DNA of 64,000 nucleotides, taken from Stegostoma tigrinum. Taxonomy: Eukaryota. The DNA lies in contig NC_081365.1 of NCBI RefSeq assembly GCF_030684315.1, forward strand, positions 40,880,985-40,944,984, in the 5' to 3' direction. The notes under the pieces are model-generated. The model was not told where the DNA came from. It saw only the letters and a program-made list of their open reading frames with translations, and searched no databases. Positions 13,401 to 26,599 of the stretch are shown piece by piece (the first letter of the stretch is position 1; the number at the start of each line of letters is the position of its first letter). A program made the position numbers and the translations under genes.

Positions 13401-13699
13401 CATCGACAGGGTCAGGTGTGCCCTTGTTGCTTCAGGTGCCTATGTCAATTCTGGATAATCTGTCCAATTTCATCCCTTTCTTTGGTATTTGTAGTGATTT
13501 TGATGCTGTCTGGGTCATTTCATAGGAAAGTTAGAATAAACCACCTTGCTGTGGACCACCCACATAAGGATAACAGATTTCCATCTCTAAAGGACATAAG
13601 TGAACTATTATTATTTATTTATTTATGTATGAACAATCAACAATGGCTTCATGGTTATCATTATTCTAGTTTTTTTTTAATCTCAAATTTAAATTCCGC

Positions 13700-13910
13700 C
13701 AGCTCCGTTAGCTTGACAGCCTGTTTGCAGTGCAGGGTAATGCCAGTAGCTTGTGTCCAATTCCCACGCCAGTTGAGGTTACTATGAAGAACTTTCTTCC
13801 TCAATGTCTCCCTTCATCTGAGGTATGGTGATCCTCAGGTTAAACCACCCAGTTGTGTCTCTCTCTCTATTGAGCTAGCAGCCCCTTAAGACTATGGTGA
13901 TTTTGCCTTT
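13700..13910 (+). mobile_element. Degenerate tRNA-derived SINE
   Basis: ctccgttagctt...ccaattccc head followed by tgaggtatggtgatcctcaggttaaaccacc core and atggtgattttgccttt tail. Confidence 0.4.
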
Positions 13911-14716
13911 GACTGCTTCAATAAACATTTCAAAGAAATCTGTGAAGCACAGTCACAGATACCTCAAGTTTAGATCCATTATAATGCATTTAAAGCTATA
14001 ACAATAAAAATGTTCTTTCAAAATCACTTTCCAAATGAAAATTTATTACTATTAGCTTTCTGTTATTCCAGTAATGGAGCGTTCATGCGAGTCACAGTAA
14101 GAACTTGAATTTACATGACTCCTTTGATTTGGGAAAAGAAAATGTCATGGAAATTAGACACTGTTCCATCTTCTTTGATAGGACCTGCCACTGCAAGGTA
14201 GGGGGAGAACAGTGCTGTCATATCCTGTCAACTTCACTGTAGTCTGTAATTTCTATACTAGTGGATCTTTTCTGGTCAAAGGTCATGACATTACCAATAT
14301 TTCTTAATTTACTATGCATTCAGGATGTCACTAAGCTGGAGGAATGCACTCTTTACTTTTCCCAGGTAGAGACCTTCCTAATGGTGCAAGGAGACATCAA
14401 GTATGCATTTAACTCTGCAGGTGCCACAATTCCAATGAGTAGATATTCTGCAACTACCTATGGTTCCACTCCTCAAACATACAAATATACATGATATGTG
14501 ACCATATTTAGATTGCTGTAAACTCATACTATTATTTCAGTAGTTGCCATCCTTTCGCCCTATGTCAGTCAGCCATTTCTGCCACAATTAAACCAAAGGT
14601 CATTGCTCAATGATCAGACTACCACTGTACATCTGGACTATGACCAAACTTGGATAACACATCTCCTAATAAGGACTATATTACCACAAAACCATCATGA
14701 AGCAGACCATTTCTGA

Positions 14717-14801
14717 CAGGAGCTGCAGAAGGGTCTAAGCCCAAAACGTCAGCTTTCCTGCTCGGCCTGCTGTATTCATCCAGCTCTACACCTTGTTATC
14801 T
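14717..14801 (+). mobile_element. Very short PLE 3'-end insertion (degenerate hammerhead + pLTR end)
   Basis: ctgcagaagggtctaagcccaaaacgtcagc...caccttgttatct, flanked by 10-bp TSD CCATTTCTGA (14707-14716, 14802-14811). Confidence 0.8.
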
Positions 14802-14869
14802 CCATTTCTGAAAGAAAGGTTTTGCTTAGGGGTGTGTGACAAAATGAAATTTATACTGCCGCAAGTGCT

Positions 14870-17400
14870 CTGGAGACAAAATTCCCTGAGCCCTTATTCA
14901 TCATGGCCAGCAACTTCAACCAGACCACCCTCAAGAGGGTGTTGTCAAAATACCACCAACATGTCTCCTGCCCTACTAGAGGACCGAACATTCTTGGCCA
15001 CTGCTATACAACCATCAAAGTCACCTACTGCTCCATACCCTGTACCCACACTTCAGAAAATGAGATCCCAATACTGTGTTCCTCCTCCCAGCTTACAAGC
15101 AAAAGCTGAAACAGGAGGGTCCTTCATATAAAGTATTACAGTGCTGGTCTGAGGCATTGAAGGAGCTTCTCTGGGACTGCTTGGAATCGGTGGACTGGAC
15201 CATGTTCAGTACTTTCATGGGCAACCTAGATGAGTACGCCACCACCATCATGGACTTCATTAGCAACTGTGTGGAGGACTTTGTGCCAAATAAGTCAATC
15301 CATTGTTCACCAACTGGAAATCTTGGATGAACGGGAAATCCACTGCCTATTGAGGACCAGGCATACAACATTCAAGTCAGTCGACCCAGACCTGTGGAGA
15401 AAATCTAGATATGACCGCTGCAAACCCATTTCAGACACCAAGAGGCAGTACTGGACCGAGTTAGTGGTTCAAACCAACTATACAGACACCTGCCACCTGT
15501 GGCAAGGCCTACACAGCATTATGGGATACAAAACAACGCAAAGCAAGATAGCTGGTTTAAAAACACATGCCTCCTTGATATGTTGAATGCTTTCTATGCT
15601 CAGCTCACCAGCTCTGACAGCCCCAGACTCACCTGTTCCCTCCGTCACTGCTGCATACGTCAGATCAGTCTTCCTGAGAGTCAACCCAAGGAAACCAACT
15701 GGCCCAGACGGAGTCCCTGGCCATATGCTTAGATCCTGTGTGAACCAGCTGGTGGAGATATTCACTGACATCCTCAGTCATTCCCTGCTACCAGCTAAAG
15801 TCCCAAGCTGCTTCAAGAAGATCACCTTTATTCCAGTGCCAAAGAAAACACATGCAGTGTGCCTTAATGTCTAACATACAGTGGCTTGGATTTCCATGAT
15901 CATGAAGTGCTTCGAGAGACTGATCATGGTCCACATCAACATGAGACTGCCAGCCTGCCTCAATCCACTGCAATTTGCCTACCAGTGAAACAGGTTCACA
16001 GCGGACACCATTTCCCTAGCCCTGTACTTATCCCTAGGACATCTGGATAACAAGATCACTTTTGTCAAGCTCCTACTCATCGACTACATCGCCACCTTCA
16101 ACACCATAATCCCTTCCAGATTAATCTCAAAACTGAGACGTAAATCTCTGTTTCGCCCTCTTCAACTGGATCCTCAGCTTCCTGGCCCACAGAGGAGGCG
16201 ATGACCTAGTAATATCACTGGACTGTTAATCCAGAGACCCAGATAACATTCTGGGGACATGGGTTTGAATCCCACCACAGCAAATGGTAGAATTTGAATT
16301 CAATAAATACTTGCAATTAAGAATCTGTTGATGAACATGAATCCATTGCCAATTATCGGAAAAACCCATCTGGTTCTCTAATGTCCTTTAGGAAAGGAAA
16401 CTGCCATCTTTACCTGGTATGGCCTAAGTATGACTCCAGACCCACAGCAATGTGGTTAACTCTTAACTTCCTTCTGGGCAATTCATAATGAGCAATAAAT
16501 GCTGCCTAGCCATTGATACCTTCATCCCATAAATAAATAAAACAAAAAGATGCAATCAGTGAAGATAGACAGACAACAGCACCTCGTCCATGATAATCCT
16601 CAACATTGGTGCCCTGCAAAGATGTGTTCTCAGCCCCCTACTGTACTCCCTGTGCACCCATGATGTGTACCCAAATTCTGAATGAATGCCATCTACGAGT
16701 TTGCTAACGATGGCACAGATATCAAAGCCACAATAAGTCAGAATACAGGAAGGAGATAGAGTGCTTGGTGTCTCAGTGTCAGCAAAACAAAAGAATTAAT
16801 TGTTGACTTCAGGAAGAAAGGAGGAGGACAAGCTCCATCTACAATCAGTGGAGCTAAGGCGGAGAGGGTCGAGTGCATCAAGTTCCTAGGAGTGACGATA
16901 ACTGACAATCTGTCCTGTACCTCCCAGGTAGACACTAAGGTCAAGAAAGCACAACAATACCTTTTCTTCCTTTGAAGAAATTCAGCATGTCCATTAGCAC
17001 TCTCAACAACTTTTACAGATGCTCCATAGAAAGCAATCTATTCAGATATGTCTGGAATGGCAGCTGGTCTGCCCAGGACCTTAAGAACCATAGAAAGTTC
17101 TGTGCACAGCCCATTTACACTTCTCACTGCCACAGAAGGTCTGTCAACATCCGGTAATACTGTCTTCTGTCAGGCAGGAACCAGAACAGATTGAACACGC
17201 ACCAGTGGGTTCAAAAATAGCTTCTTCCCTGCCATTATTAGACTACTAAATGGACTTCTCTAACTTCAAATAATGTTGAAGTTGCCAATGTTAATCTTGC
17301 TTTGTGCACCTCCTGTGCAGCCATAACCTTGTATGCCTTGCTCTGTCTAAGCACACTATGATCAACATGTCCTTGTTTGCTATGAACTGCCTGTACTGCT
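14870..17400 (+). mobile_element. Rex1/Babar-clade non-LTR retrotransposon, degenerate (EN C-part + RT)
   Basis: Frameshifted peptides NFNQTTLK..YHQHVSCPTRGPNILGHCY, KPTGPDGVPGHMLRSCVNQLVEIFTDI, VPSCFKKITFIPVPKK, LQFAY, KFLGVTITDNLS. Interrupted by a SINE at 16191-16548. Confidence 0.85.
16191..16548 (+). mobile_element. Deu-domain SINE (SacSINE1-like), full length, nested in the Rex1 element
   Basis: tRNA-like head (gggtttgaatcccaccac), core ggaaactgccatctttacctgg...tgactccagacccacagcaatgtgg, tail gagcaataaatgctg...aaataaataaaa; homologous to 53372-53735. Confidence 0.75.
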
Positions 17401-17437
17401 GCTTAGTTTCTAAGAAACCCCAAAGAATAAGCATAGT

Positions 17438-17800
17438 GGGGTGGCATGGTGGCTGAGTGGTTAGCATTGCTGTTTCACAGAGCTAGGGACCCAGCTTCAG
17501 TTCTAGACATGGGTGACTGTGTATGTGGAGTTTGCATGTTCCCCTGTGTTTGCCTGGGCTTCCTTCAGGTGCTCTGGTTTCCTCCCACAGTCCAAAGTTG
17601 GACAGGTTAGGTGTACTGGCCATGCTAAATTGCCATGTAGTGTCCAGGGGTGTGCAGGCTGAGTGGGTTAGCTGTGGGAAATGCAGGGTTATGGGGATAG
17701 GTTAGGGCGCTGTATCTGGGTGGGATGCTGTTTGGAGGGTTAGTGTGGACTCAATGACCACATGGCCTGCTTCCACACTGTAGGGAACTCTATGATTCTA
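17438..17800 (+). mobile_element. V-SINE (HE1-like), full length
   Basis: ggggtggcatggtggctgagtggttagc head, V-domain tgtggagtttgcatgttc...ggtgctctggtttcctcccacagtccaaag, CR1-type tail ctctatgattcta. Confidence 0.8.
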
Positions 17801-19110
17801 AGGGCAGGAGTAGGTTATTTGCCCCTTCAAGTCTGATCCACATTCATTTTGGTCATGGCTGATCATCCAACTCAATAGCCTGTTCTGGCTTTCACCTTGA
17901 TCCCTTTTAGCCCCAGTGTTATATCCAACTCCTTCTTGAAATTAAACAATGTTTTGGCCTTGATTGCTTTCTTTGGTAGTGAATTCTATAGGCTCACCAC
18001 TCTTTAGGTGAAGAAATTTCTCCTCATCTCCATCCTAAAAGGTTTACCTTGTCTCCTTAGACTGTGACCCCTGGATTCCCCCACCATCAGGAACATACTC
18101 CCTGCATCTATGCACTTTGCCCATTCACTCAGCTTGTTCAAATCACACTGGAGCATCCCTGCATCATCCTCATAGCTCACCCTCCCACCCAGCTTTGTGT
18201 AATCTGCAGATTTTGAGATATTAAATTTAGTTCGCTCTTCTAAATCATTAATATAAATTGTGACTAACTGGTATGAATCACACTGAGAGCCCACTAATTA
18301 TTACCTGCATTTGAAAAAGACCAATTTGTTCCTGTGCTTTGTTTCTTGTCTTCCAATCAGTTTTCTATCCATTTCAATACACCACCCCCAATCCCTTGTA
18401 CTTTCGTCTTACCTGCTGATGTCTTATGTGGAGCTTTGTCAAAAGCCTTTCAATAGTTCAAATAAACCAATTGACTGGGTCCTCTTATCAACTTATCTAG
18501 TGACATCCTTAAAGAATTCTTATAGATTTGTTGAGTTGATTACCTTTTGTAAATCTATGCTGACTCTGGCTGATCCTGACCTATCCCCTCCCTACCTCCC
18601 CACCTATACTCTCCTCTCCACTATCTTCTTTTCTCTCCATCTTCGGTCCGCTTCCCCCTCTCTCCCTATTTATTCCAGAGCCCTCTCCCCACCCCCCTCT
18701 GTGATGAAGGGTCTAGGCCTGAAACGCCAGCTTTTGTGCTCCTGAGATGCTGCTTGGCCTGCTGTGTTCATCCAGCTCCACACTTTGTTATCTTGGATTC
18801 TCCAGCATCTGCAGTTCCCATTATCTCTAATCCTGTTCTAGCTTTCAAAGTGCTCTGTTATTAAAACTTTTATAAAAGATCTAGCATTTTCCCAGCTTCT
18901 GCTGACTAGTCTATAATTCCCAATTTTCTCTCTACCTCCCTTTTTTTTAAAGTAGAAAGATTACATAGCCACTCTCCAATTAGTAGAAACCGTTCCAGGG
19001 TCGATAGAATCTTGGAAGATCACTACCAATGCATTCATTATTTCTTGGGTCACTTCCTTATGTCCTCTGAGATGTAGGTTATGAGGTCCTGGATACTTAT
19101 TGGCATGGGC
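17801..19110 (-). mobile_element. Degenerate CR1 LINE (RT and 3' UTR), interrupted by a PLE fragment
   Basis: Minus-strand peptides TIYINDLEE..ISKSADYTKLGG, LQCDLNKLSEWA, EMRRNFFT, LVVIFQDSIDPGTVSTNWRVA. Confidence 0.8.
18576..18827 (+). mobile_element. PLE 3' UTR fragment including the full terminal tail
   Basis: Near-identical to 23930-24148, then extends ttggattctccagcatctgcagttcccattatctc. Hammerhead core is mutated (gtgatga...gaaacgcc). Confidence 0.85.
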
Positions 19111-20769
19111 ATATTTTGCCCTTCTTTCTTCTGTGTTTCCTCTGAACTTCTGTTTCACTCACCATCTGAATGATTTTCGCCAGAGTCAGGTCTTCTTTGG
19201 AATGTAATAGATCTGACCAAGATTCTTCAGCATTCTGTACCATAATTCCATCCTTATGAAACTTAGGTTGAAGTTACTCCACCACTTTGGAGAGATCATT
19301 CATTAAATTGTCTATGCCTATGTGGAATTCCCATGATCATTTCCAAAGACTTCCAGTATTTCTTCAAAAATATTTGCTGCTTCTTTTACCCATTGATGAA
19401 CCATAATCTCATTAGCCAAATGCCTAATGTGTGTAGGAGAGTTTACTTATTTAGCTTTTAGTATCTAATCTGGAAGCTACTCTATAACTCTGAAATTTTA
19501 TTCAAGATGTCCAATTTTGTATTCTATCTGGCCCAACATGTATGGTATTGAGAATGCAGGATTCATAAACCAGCTTCCTAACCCTGGAGGCGATTAGGTA
19601 ACAAAAACTTCATTGTCACTGGGGCTGCACAGAACTGTATATATCACCATAACTATCCCATTCCTACTATAACTACGTTCCTTTTAACTTCCTCCACTTG
19701 AATTCCTCTCCGAACTGAGGTGTTGTGGTCAATTGTCTCATCATCACTACAGTCCCAATCCTGTTCACACGCGTTGCAGGACCTCAAACCATTTGGAGAA
19801 TTGTGAGATCGAAAGCTCCTCTAATGGTGGCTTCTAGATCACCGTACCTGCTTCACTCACTAAAGATCACCTCCAGTTCCTGACTATGCACGAAATCCAA
19901 AGTACTAGACTGAAATGTATGACTGCCTCTAGAACAACGTTTCCAGATAACATTTGCCTTCTCTGATGGATTGCTGTATCCAAAGTTTAATAAAGAGTGA
20001 TTCTGGGGTTGTATTATTTCTTAATACCTAACCTAGAGAGGAACTCTACAGTGACCTCCACTATTGGGTTCGCCTTTTTTTAAAGTACTCAGGAACATAA
20101 GATTTTATCATTCTAACCCTTGTTAACTGATAGAAAACACCTTCACAACAGTTAACACTCTCAGTGTAATGATGCATTCAAAATGCCACAGTAGGTGAAC
20201 TGAGATATTTGGTGTTTACCTGACCGCAGCAAAAATACAGGTACATTTTGGAACTTGTTAGAGTTTAGACCAAAACCCTGCCCTCCGCCTGTGTGCCAAG
20301 AATGAGGGTTGAACACCGATTACAGAAGATATGTGGTGTAGAAGACTTTGACATTCAGCTCAAACTTCTCTCCCTCTTTCTCCTCCTCTTTCCAGCCTTC
20401 TTCTTTCCAATTTCCTCTAACCCACATCTTGTTTCTTTCTTAAGCTTAGCTGAAAGACCACTACATCATGATGACTTCTGGTTTTAAGTTAATATTGTCA
20501 GCTTACCACTGCAAGATTTTAGGACATAAAAAAATTATCTTATCTATTTACATCTACAGAAACATAAAGATGTAATCTTGAGAAGATTGGAATTGTCCAA
20601 GGCTATTTTAGTGATGGCTGTTATATCCTTACAATTTGTTGACATTCTGGAGGTTGCCTGTCCACGATATGTGTATATTTAGGTTTTATGTTGTCATTAT
20701 GGAGCTAATGTAAATTAACATCTGATATAAATTGACTATTTTGCTACCTCTTGATCACTGACATGAAGA

Positions 20770-21245
20770 ATGTGAAGATATGAGAGAGAGTGCAGAAAAG
20801 ATTTACAATAATTTGTTTCAGAATGAAGGATTTAAGTAGTTTTGGTAGATTGAAGAAGCTCAACTCTTTTTATTTGTAAAGAGAAAAGTGAGATCAGATT
20901 TGGAAAAGGTCTTCAAAATGATGACAAGTCTAACAGAGCAGATGATCGAAAATGGTTGAGAAACAGAGGGTACCAACTTTAAGCTGTATGGCAAAAGAAC
21001 TAAGGACAACACGAGGAGAAACTTTGATGCAGCAGGTAATTCGGATTAGGAATGCACGCTGTGAGACTGTGGGAGAAACAGATTCAATCATGACTTTCAA
21101 AATGTAATTAGATAATTATCTAAAACAAAAAAAAGGCTATTTGAAAAAAGGCATGGAGGTGGGACTAGCTCAGTTTACTTTGCAAAAAGTGGCATTGACA
21201 TAACAGGCTGAATGACTTCCTTCTGTGCTATGGTCATTTGATGTA
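20770..21245 (+). mobile_element. Old CR1 LINE 3' fragment
   Basis: gagagagtgcagaaaagatttaca (ERVQKRFT) and a CR1 tail (ggctgaatgacttccttctgtgcta). Confidence 0.6.
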
Positions 21246-22539
21246 AAGATTTCCTTGATAATAGCAGAATCTTAAGAATGCACAGCATATTTGCACATAG
21301 ATCATTGTGCACCAAAGCTGTAAAATATTGGGAAATAATCATCATCACACCTAATGTACAGATGGCTTGTGATATTTAATGCCAGATATGCAAACTGGCT
21401 TATAACTAGATCTTGAATACAGTTCAACATTTGAGATCTTTTTGATAAAGATTGTGAGTTCACAGTGTAAGGACTGAATCTCACAATGGTATGCCTTGTC
21501 ATTACAGTAACACACAAAGTCAGTGGCCCTAATGTCATTGCCTAGAACAGTAAGTTGGCACCCTCTGTGTGATTAGGTACAAAAGCAATGGTGTTGACAT
21601 CATTGTTACACTCGCCATGTTAATTCTGGCCCCATCTTGAGCTTCCCTTGCCATCACACTCTGGCGTCCAGCTCACTGCCTGACTGTCCCGCCGTGAGCT
21701 TGCCTTACCACTTCACTCCTGCCCATGGTCTGTTGTCCTTTTTTTGAGCTTGACTTGTCATCCTGCTCTGCCCTCTGGCTCACTGCCCTAGTGTCACCCT
21801 GTCTTGGTCTCATCTTACCTTCCCATTCTGGCATTCAGAACAGTCCCCTGCCATGCACTGTGAACTTGATTCACTGCTGTATTTTTTTCCATGCATATCT
21901 GGACATTTACGTACTAAAATTTTCATAAATGTAACAATTCCAGGAAAGAATTTCCCTTTCTCTCTACTATTAATCTGATTCTAGAGGGTGGGATATATCT
22001 TTTCCACTCAAATATGATATTGTCTGTTAAGGCAGAATGCTGCTCTGTCAATTTGTAGTGAAGTGGCCCTGCAACTCTCTAATTCTGTATTAGCACATGT
22101 ACCTAGTGATGGTGTTGGCCTTGACTGCAGTCATTTCACAATGCTCTTTGTTCTTGGTTATGAGAAGTGCAACAAGACTGAAGAGGACTATTTTGTCTCT
22201 GAGGCTCCTGATTAACAGGCTACTCATGAAGAACTGCTTAGATGTCTTGAAGGTGAAGGGGTATCATGTTTAAAATATAGATTGGAGGAATAAGACATTT
22301 GTGTGTAGGCTTTTGCAAAAATATGCAAATTATAAAATTACAAAGTCAAAGAATGCCCATGATAAAGTGTGACACAGGGATGACGGTATACTATGAAATA
22401 CCGAGCGGTGTTGGAAAATAATTGCTGTATTCTTTAGACACAGATCAAGAAATAGCCGGTAGCGTGGAGCAGCAATGATGTTTTAATCCCCTTAAACATG
22501 GGAGTATAACGGTTATGTTAAAGGAATGGACTAGTCATA

Positions 22540-22980
22540 TTTGTGCAGTGGCTATAAGAGCAGACCAAAGTTTGGGAATCTTGTTGTGAGTAGCTCGCCT
22601 CCTAACTCGCCAAAATCTGTCCACCATGTAGAAGGCACAAGTCAGCATTATGATGGAATAATCCACCATTACCTGAATGAGTGCAGTTTTAGTAACACTC
22701 AAGAAGCTTGACACATCCCAGGACAAAACAACCCACTTGATTGGCACCACATCCACAATCATTCAGTCCTTCCAACAAGCACATGTTATACTAACAATAT
22801 GTACTATCTACAAGGTGAACTTCAGAAATTCACCCACAACCACTACCATTCAGAAAGACGAGGGGAACAGATAGATGGGAACACCTGCGAGTTCCTTCCA
22901 AACACTCACCAACCAGCCTTGGAAATATATTGCCTTCCTTCAGTGTCACTTGGTCCAAATCCTGGAACATCGCAGGTGGT
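22540..22980 (+). mobile_element. L2/CR1-like LINE fragment
   Basis: Reverse-complement homology to 12290-12490 and 2430-2540 (tccaccatgtagaaggcacaagtcagc, acactcaagaagcttgacac). Confidence 0.5.
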
Positions 22981-22984
22981 ATGA

Positions 22985-23450
22985 AAATTGGTGCAGCTGT
23001 AAATAATGAAAAGGATAGCCTTAGATTAGGTTACAGGCAGATATAGACTGGCTGGTGAGATGAGCCACTCAGCGGCAAATGTAATTCAATCCAGATAAGT
23101 ATTAGGTATTAGACTTGGGCAGGACAAAGAAAGTAAGGGATTACATGATGAACTGTAGGATCCTGGAAAGCACCTAGGATCAGAGGGACCTTGATGTGTA
23201 TGTCCATCAGTCCCTTAAGGTATCAGGACACATAGATGAAGTAGCTAAGAAGTCATATGGGAAATTTGCCTTTATTAGATGGGTCATAGAATTTAAGAGC
23301 GGGGACTTATGTCGGCACTGTATAAAACATTTGTTAGGCCATAGATAGAGAATCGTGTGCCGTTCCAGAATCCAAAATCACAGAGGAATGTGAGTGCAGT
23401 GGAGACGATACAAAGGAGATTTACCAATATCCTATTTGGGATTTCATTGA
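22985..23450 (+). mobile_element. CR1 LINE RT fragment
   Basis: cagagggaccttgatgtgtatgtccat (QRDL.VYVH), ctgtataaaacatttgttaggcc (LYKTFVRP), aggagatttacc. Confidence 0.7.
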
Positions 23451-23502
23451 AACCTTGCAAGCAAGGAACAATCATCTTGGTTGAATTGTGCTGAACTGTC
23501 CC

Positions 23503-24148
23503 CTGGGGACCGCTTTGCAGAACACCTCCGCTCGGTTCGCAGTAAACAACTGCACCTCCCAGTCGCAAACCATTTCTACTCCCCCTCCCATTCTTTAGAT
23601 GACATGTCCATCATGGGCCTCCTGCAGTGCCACAATGATGCCACCCGAAGGTTGCAGGAACAGCAACTCATATTCCGCCTGGGAACCCTGCAGCCCAATG
23701 GTATCAATGTGGACTTCACCAGCTTCAAAATCTCCCCTCCCCCCACTGCACCACACAACCAGCCCAGCTCTTCCCCTCCACTCACTGCATCCCAAAACCA
23801 GTCCAACCTGCCTCTGCCTCCCTAACCTGTTCTTCCTCTCACCCATCCCTTCCTCCCACCCCAAGCCGCACCTCCATCTCCTACCTACTAACCTCATCCC
23901 ACCTCCTTGACCTGTCCGTCTTCCCTGGACTGACCTATCCCCTCCCTACCTCCCCACCTACACTCTCCTCTCCACCTATCTTCTTTTCTCTCCATCTTCG
24001 GTCCGCCTCCCCCTCTCTCCCTATTTATTCCAGAACCCTCTCCCCATCCCCCTCTCTGATGAAGGGTCTAGGCCCGAAACGTCAGCTTTTGTGCTCCTGA
24101 GATGCTGCTGGGCCTGCTGTGTTCATCCAGCCTCACATTTTATTATCT
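23503..24148 (+). mobile_element. Penelope-like element, 5'-truncated (GIY-YIG C-half + 3' UTR + intact hammerhead motif)
   Basis: GDRFAEHLRSVRSKQLHLPVANHF...EQQLIFRLGTLQPNGIN; near-identical to 7806-8442. Possible short TSD TGTCCC. Confidence 0.92.
24054..24085 (+). ncRNA. Minimal type I hammerhead ribozyme motif, intact core; predicted cleavage after C24083
   Basis: ct-CTGATGA-a-GGGtctaggCCC-GAAA-cg-TC^ag: conserved CUGANGA, GAAA and UH boxes, stem II GGG/CCC, palindromic ACGU at stem III as in PLE-associated dimeric hammerheads. Stem I is only ~2 bp by eye. Confidence 0.75.
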
Positions 24149-24972
24149 TGTCCCTCAAAACCACTACATTACCCATGATGTACAGAGACTAGATAGAAAG
24201 TGTAAATGCTTTGTATCCTGAACTGAGTCTACAAGTATTTAACGAACACTTTGTGGTAAAAGATTATCCAGATATCTTGTTTTCTCTTGTATAGGCTTTT
24301 TCTACAGATGTTGCCTGAGTTTGTTTTCTCCCTCTCTCTCTCTTTATGCGTATGCATCCTCAGACATTAATAAATGTGCTGCAACCTGATGGTAATCCCC
24401 TGTGAGTTCTTGAAAATCAGAACCACATGCTGTGAAAACATGGATGACTTTTATTTCCTTCGAGACTCCTCTGCTGTTATATGTGTAAGATAATCTTAAA
24501 TTAATGAAATGACCAATGTAATTTTTAATACAGTTCTGCACCTACAAGACCATGCAATTTTAGGGGCCTCTTGTGCTCCAAGTATTGGTCAAAGATGTTT
24601 TCACTTTTGCGAGAAATAGAGCTGGGTGCATGTGCCTTGTTAGCAAAGATCCTTACGTTTTCTCCATTATGGTCAGAAGCATTTTGATTGAAGAGTTAAA
24701 GTCAGTTCTGCAAGCTTTTGTCATTCTAACACTTTACATCCAAAGGAACTGTGTCTGCAGACCGTTAGCTATATGTGCTGTAATGTGTTCTGGAGGGCTT
24801 GAAGATACGGTATGCAATTTGCTGTCATGTGTACTAACTACACCATAACTTTAGAAAGTTGGCCTATGTTGGTAGATACACATCTCAAAATCCTGTATAA
24901 CTCCTAGAATAAAAATAGCAATGTTTCACTGGCAAATCTTACTTTTCAAATCTTAGGAAGTGCTAAACAAAA

Positions 24973-25086
24973 ATGAGTGAAGAGAATAGCGTTACTTCAC
25001 AAGTTGAAGAATATGAAGATGACTTTGAGAAAGACCTTGATTGGCTAATCAACGAAGAAACAAAAAGTAGTGATGAAGATCCAGAG
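24973..25086 (+). CDS. CCDC181: CCDC181 coding exon 1 (exon starts 24957)
   Basis: MSEENSVTSQVEEYEDDFEKDLDWLINEETKSSDEDPE resembles the CCDC181 N-terminus as recalled (EYEDDFEKDLEWLINE). Acceptor tcttAG at 24955-56, donor GTaata, phase 0. Confidence 0.92.
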
Positions 25087-25663
25087 GTAATAAGTGAAAA
25101 CAGTTGTGTGTACCATACCAAATACTTGTCTTGATAATTGTATGGCACAGCCACTTCCATAGAGGTGTAAATTTAACCTTGATGTCGAGACCTTTCATGT
25201 ATAAAAGTTTGTTTTGTTAATTCAGCATAGTAGAATTGACAGATGCACTGTTGAATAAAATGAAAAATAAATGAACATCACTTTATTCTGCTTCTTCAAA
25301 AAAAATTACAAGTGCAAAACACAAAAGGAAACTAATGTAGTCAGACATCTCAAACCCGTTCATTTGTGATTAATTTAAACTTTTGTTTGAAATCACATTT
25401 TGTAATCATTTTCCTATGATCAACTTTGTGTATTTCCTTAAATTTCATGAACTCCTTTCAATATAAAATTGTCCAAGCTACTTTAAGTAAATGATATCAT
25501 TCCAGAGATTGTTTGCTAGCTGGATAAACTATCTCACATCAACACTTAAATGTAATATCTCTTTCTAGATAGATGGTAATTTTTAAACCTTGCCACACAG
25601 CCATGACCCTTCTATTAAAAAAAGTTGAGGTTTACTAAGATTAATGCTCTGATATTTCCACAG

Positions 25664-26599
25664 GTTTATGAAGAAAGTGAAGACATTGACGCCAAAATTA
25701 ACAAAGAGCTGGATGATGAAGAAATAAAAGAGAAAAATTCCATAGATGAGGAACAATCTGCAAGCTCTGTAGAAAAACTTTGTGAGCTGAATAAAGATTT
25801 AATAAACCATGCTGAGGTCACTAGAGGAGAAGAAAATGTTGTTGTCAATAACCCTGATCCTATATCAGATTCAGATAGTGAAGGTTCATTTCATAAATTG
25901 AAACTCGAGGATCAGCAAGAAGGAGAAGAGCAAACAGAGGAAGTAAAACGCTACATAATGGAAAAGATTGAGCAAGCCAACAAGAAGTTGCAGGATGAAG
26001 ATCCCATAGATAAAAATCGAGAACGCAGATTGAAGTTCAAAGACAATTTAGTTGACTTGGAGGTTCCCCCTATGCATTTACCTGAGACAGAAAAGGATAA
26101 TGGAGAGGTCACAGGTCAGATGTCTGAAATGTGCATTTCAAGCGATGTTCAAAAAGTCAATGCTAATACAGGAAATACAGGTGATGAAGACAAAATCAAA
26201 GACAAAAAAGTGTTAATGGAAAAAGATGGAAAATTTGAACTAGTGAGTTTACAGGATTTTGGGAATCAAGGTTTATTACCTCAGATTGCTGTTGCATTCA
26301 GTGAAAATGAGTGTAAACAATCTCATTGCTTCAATTCAGATAATCCTAAAGGAAACAACCTTACCAGCAGTCAGATCAGTTTATCTCCAAATGAAAATTT
26401 TCATATCCCAAAACCACCAGATGAACCAAAGGATCGAGCAACTTCTGCAGCTAATTTACAGAAGAATGGAGCTCAAAAGATCCTACCTCGAAGGGTCCAA
26501 TCTGCAATAATGTCTCCCAAACTGTCTACCCACCTGAACACCTCAGAACAAAAGGAGTTTAATTGGCGAACCCAAAAGAAAGATCAGCTTAAGACTGAG
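25664..26599 (+). CDS. CCDC181: CCDC181 coding exon 2 (large exon)
   Basis: Within ORF 25625-26806: EEVKRYIMEKIEQANKKLQDEDPIDKNRERRLKFKDNLVDLEVPP, KVLMEKDGKFELVSL. cacAG/GTaaac boundaries, 936 nt in frame. Confidence 0.92.

Noticed and set aside
13197-13787. 196-aa ORF
   Set aside because: Spans antisense LINE and SINE fragments and has no protein-like motifs.
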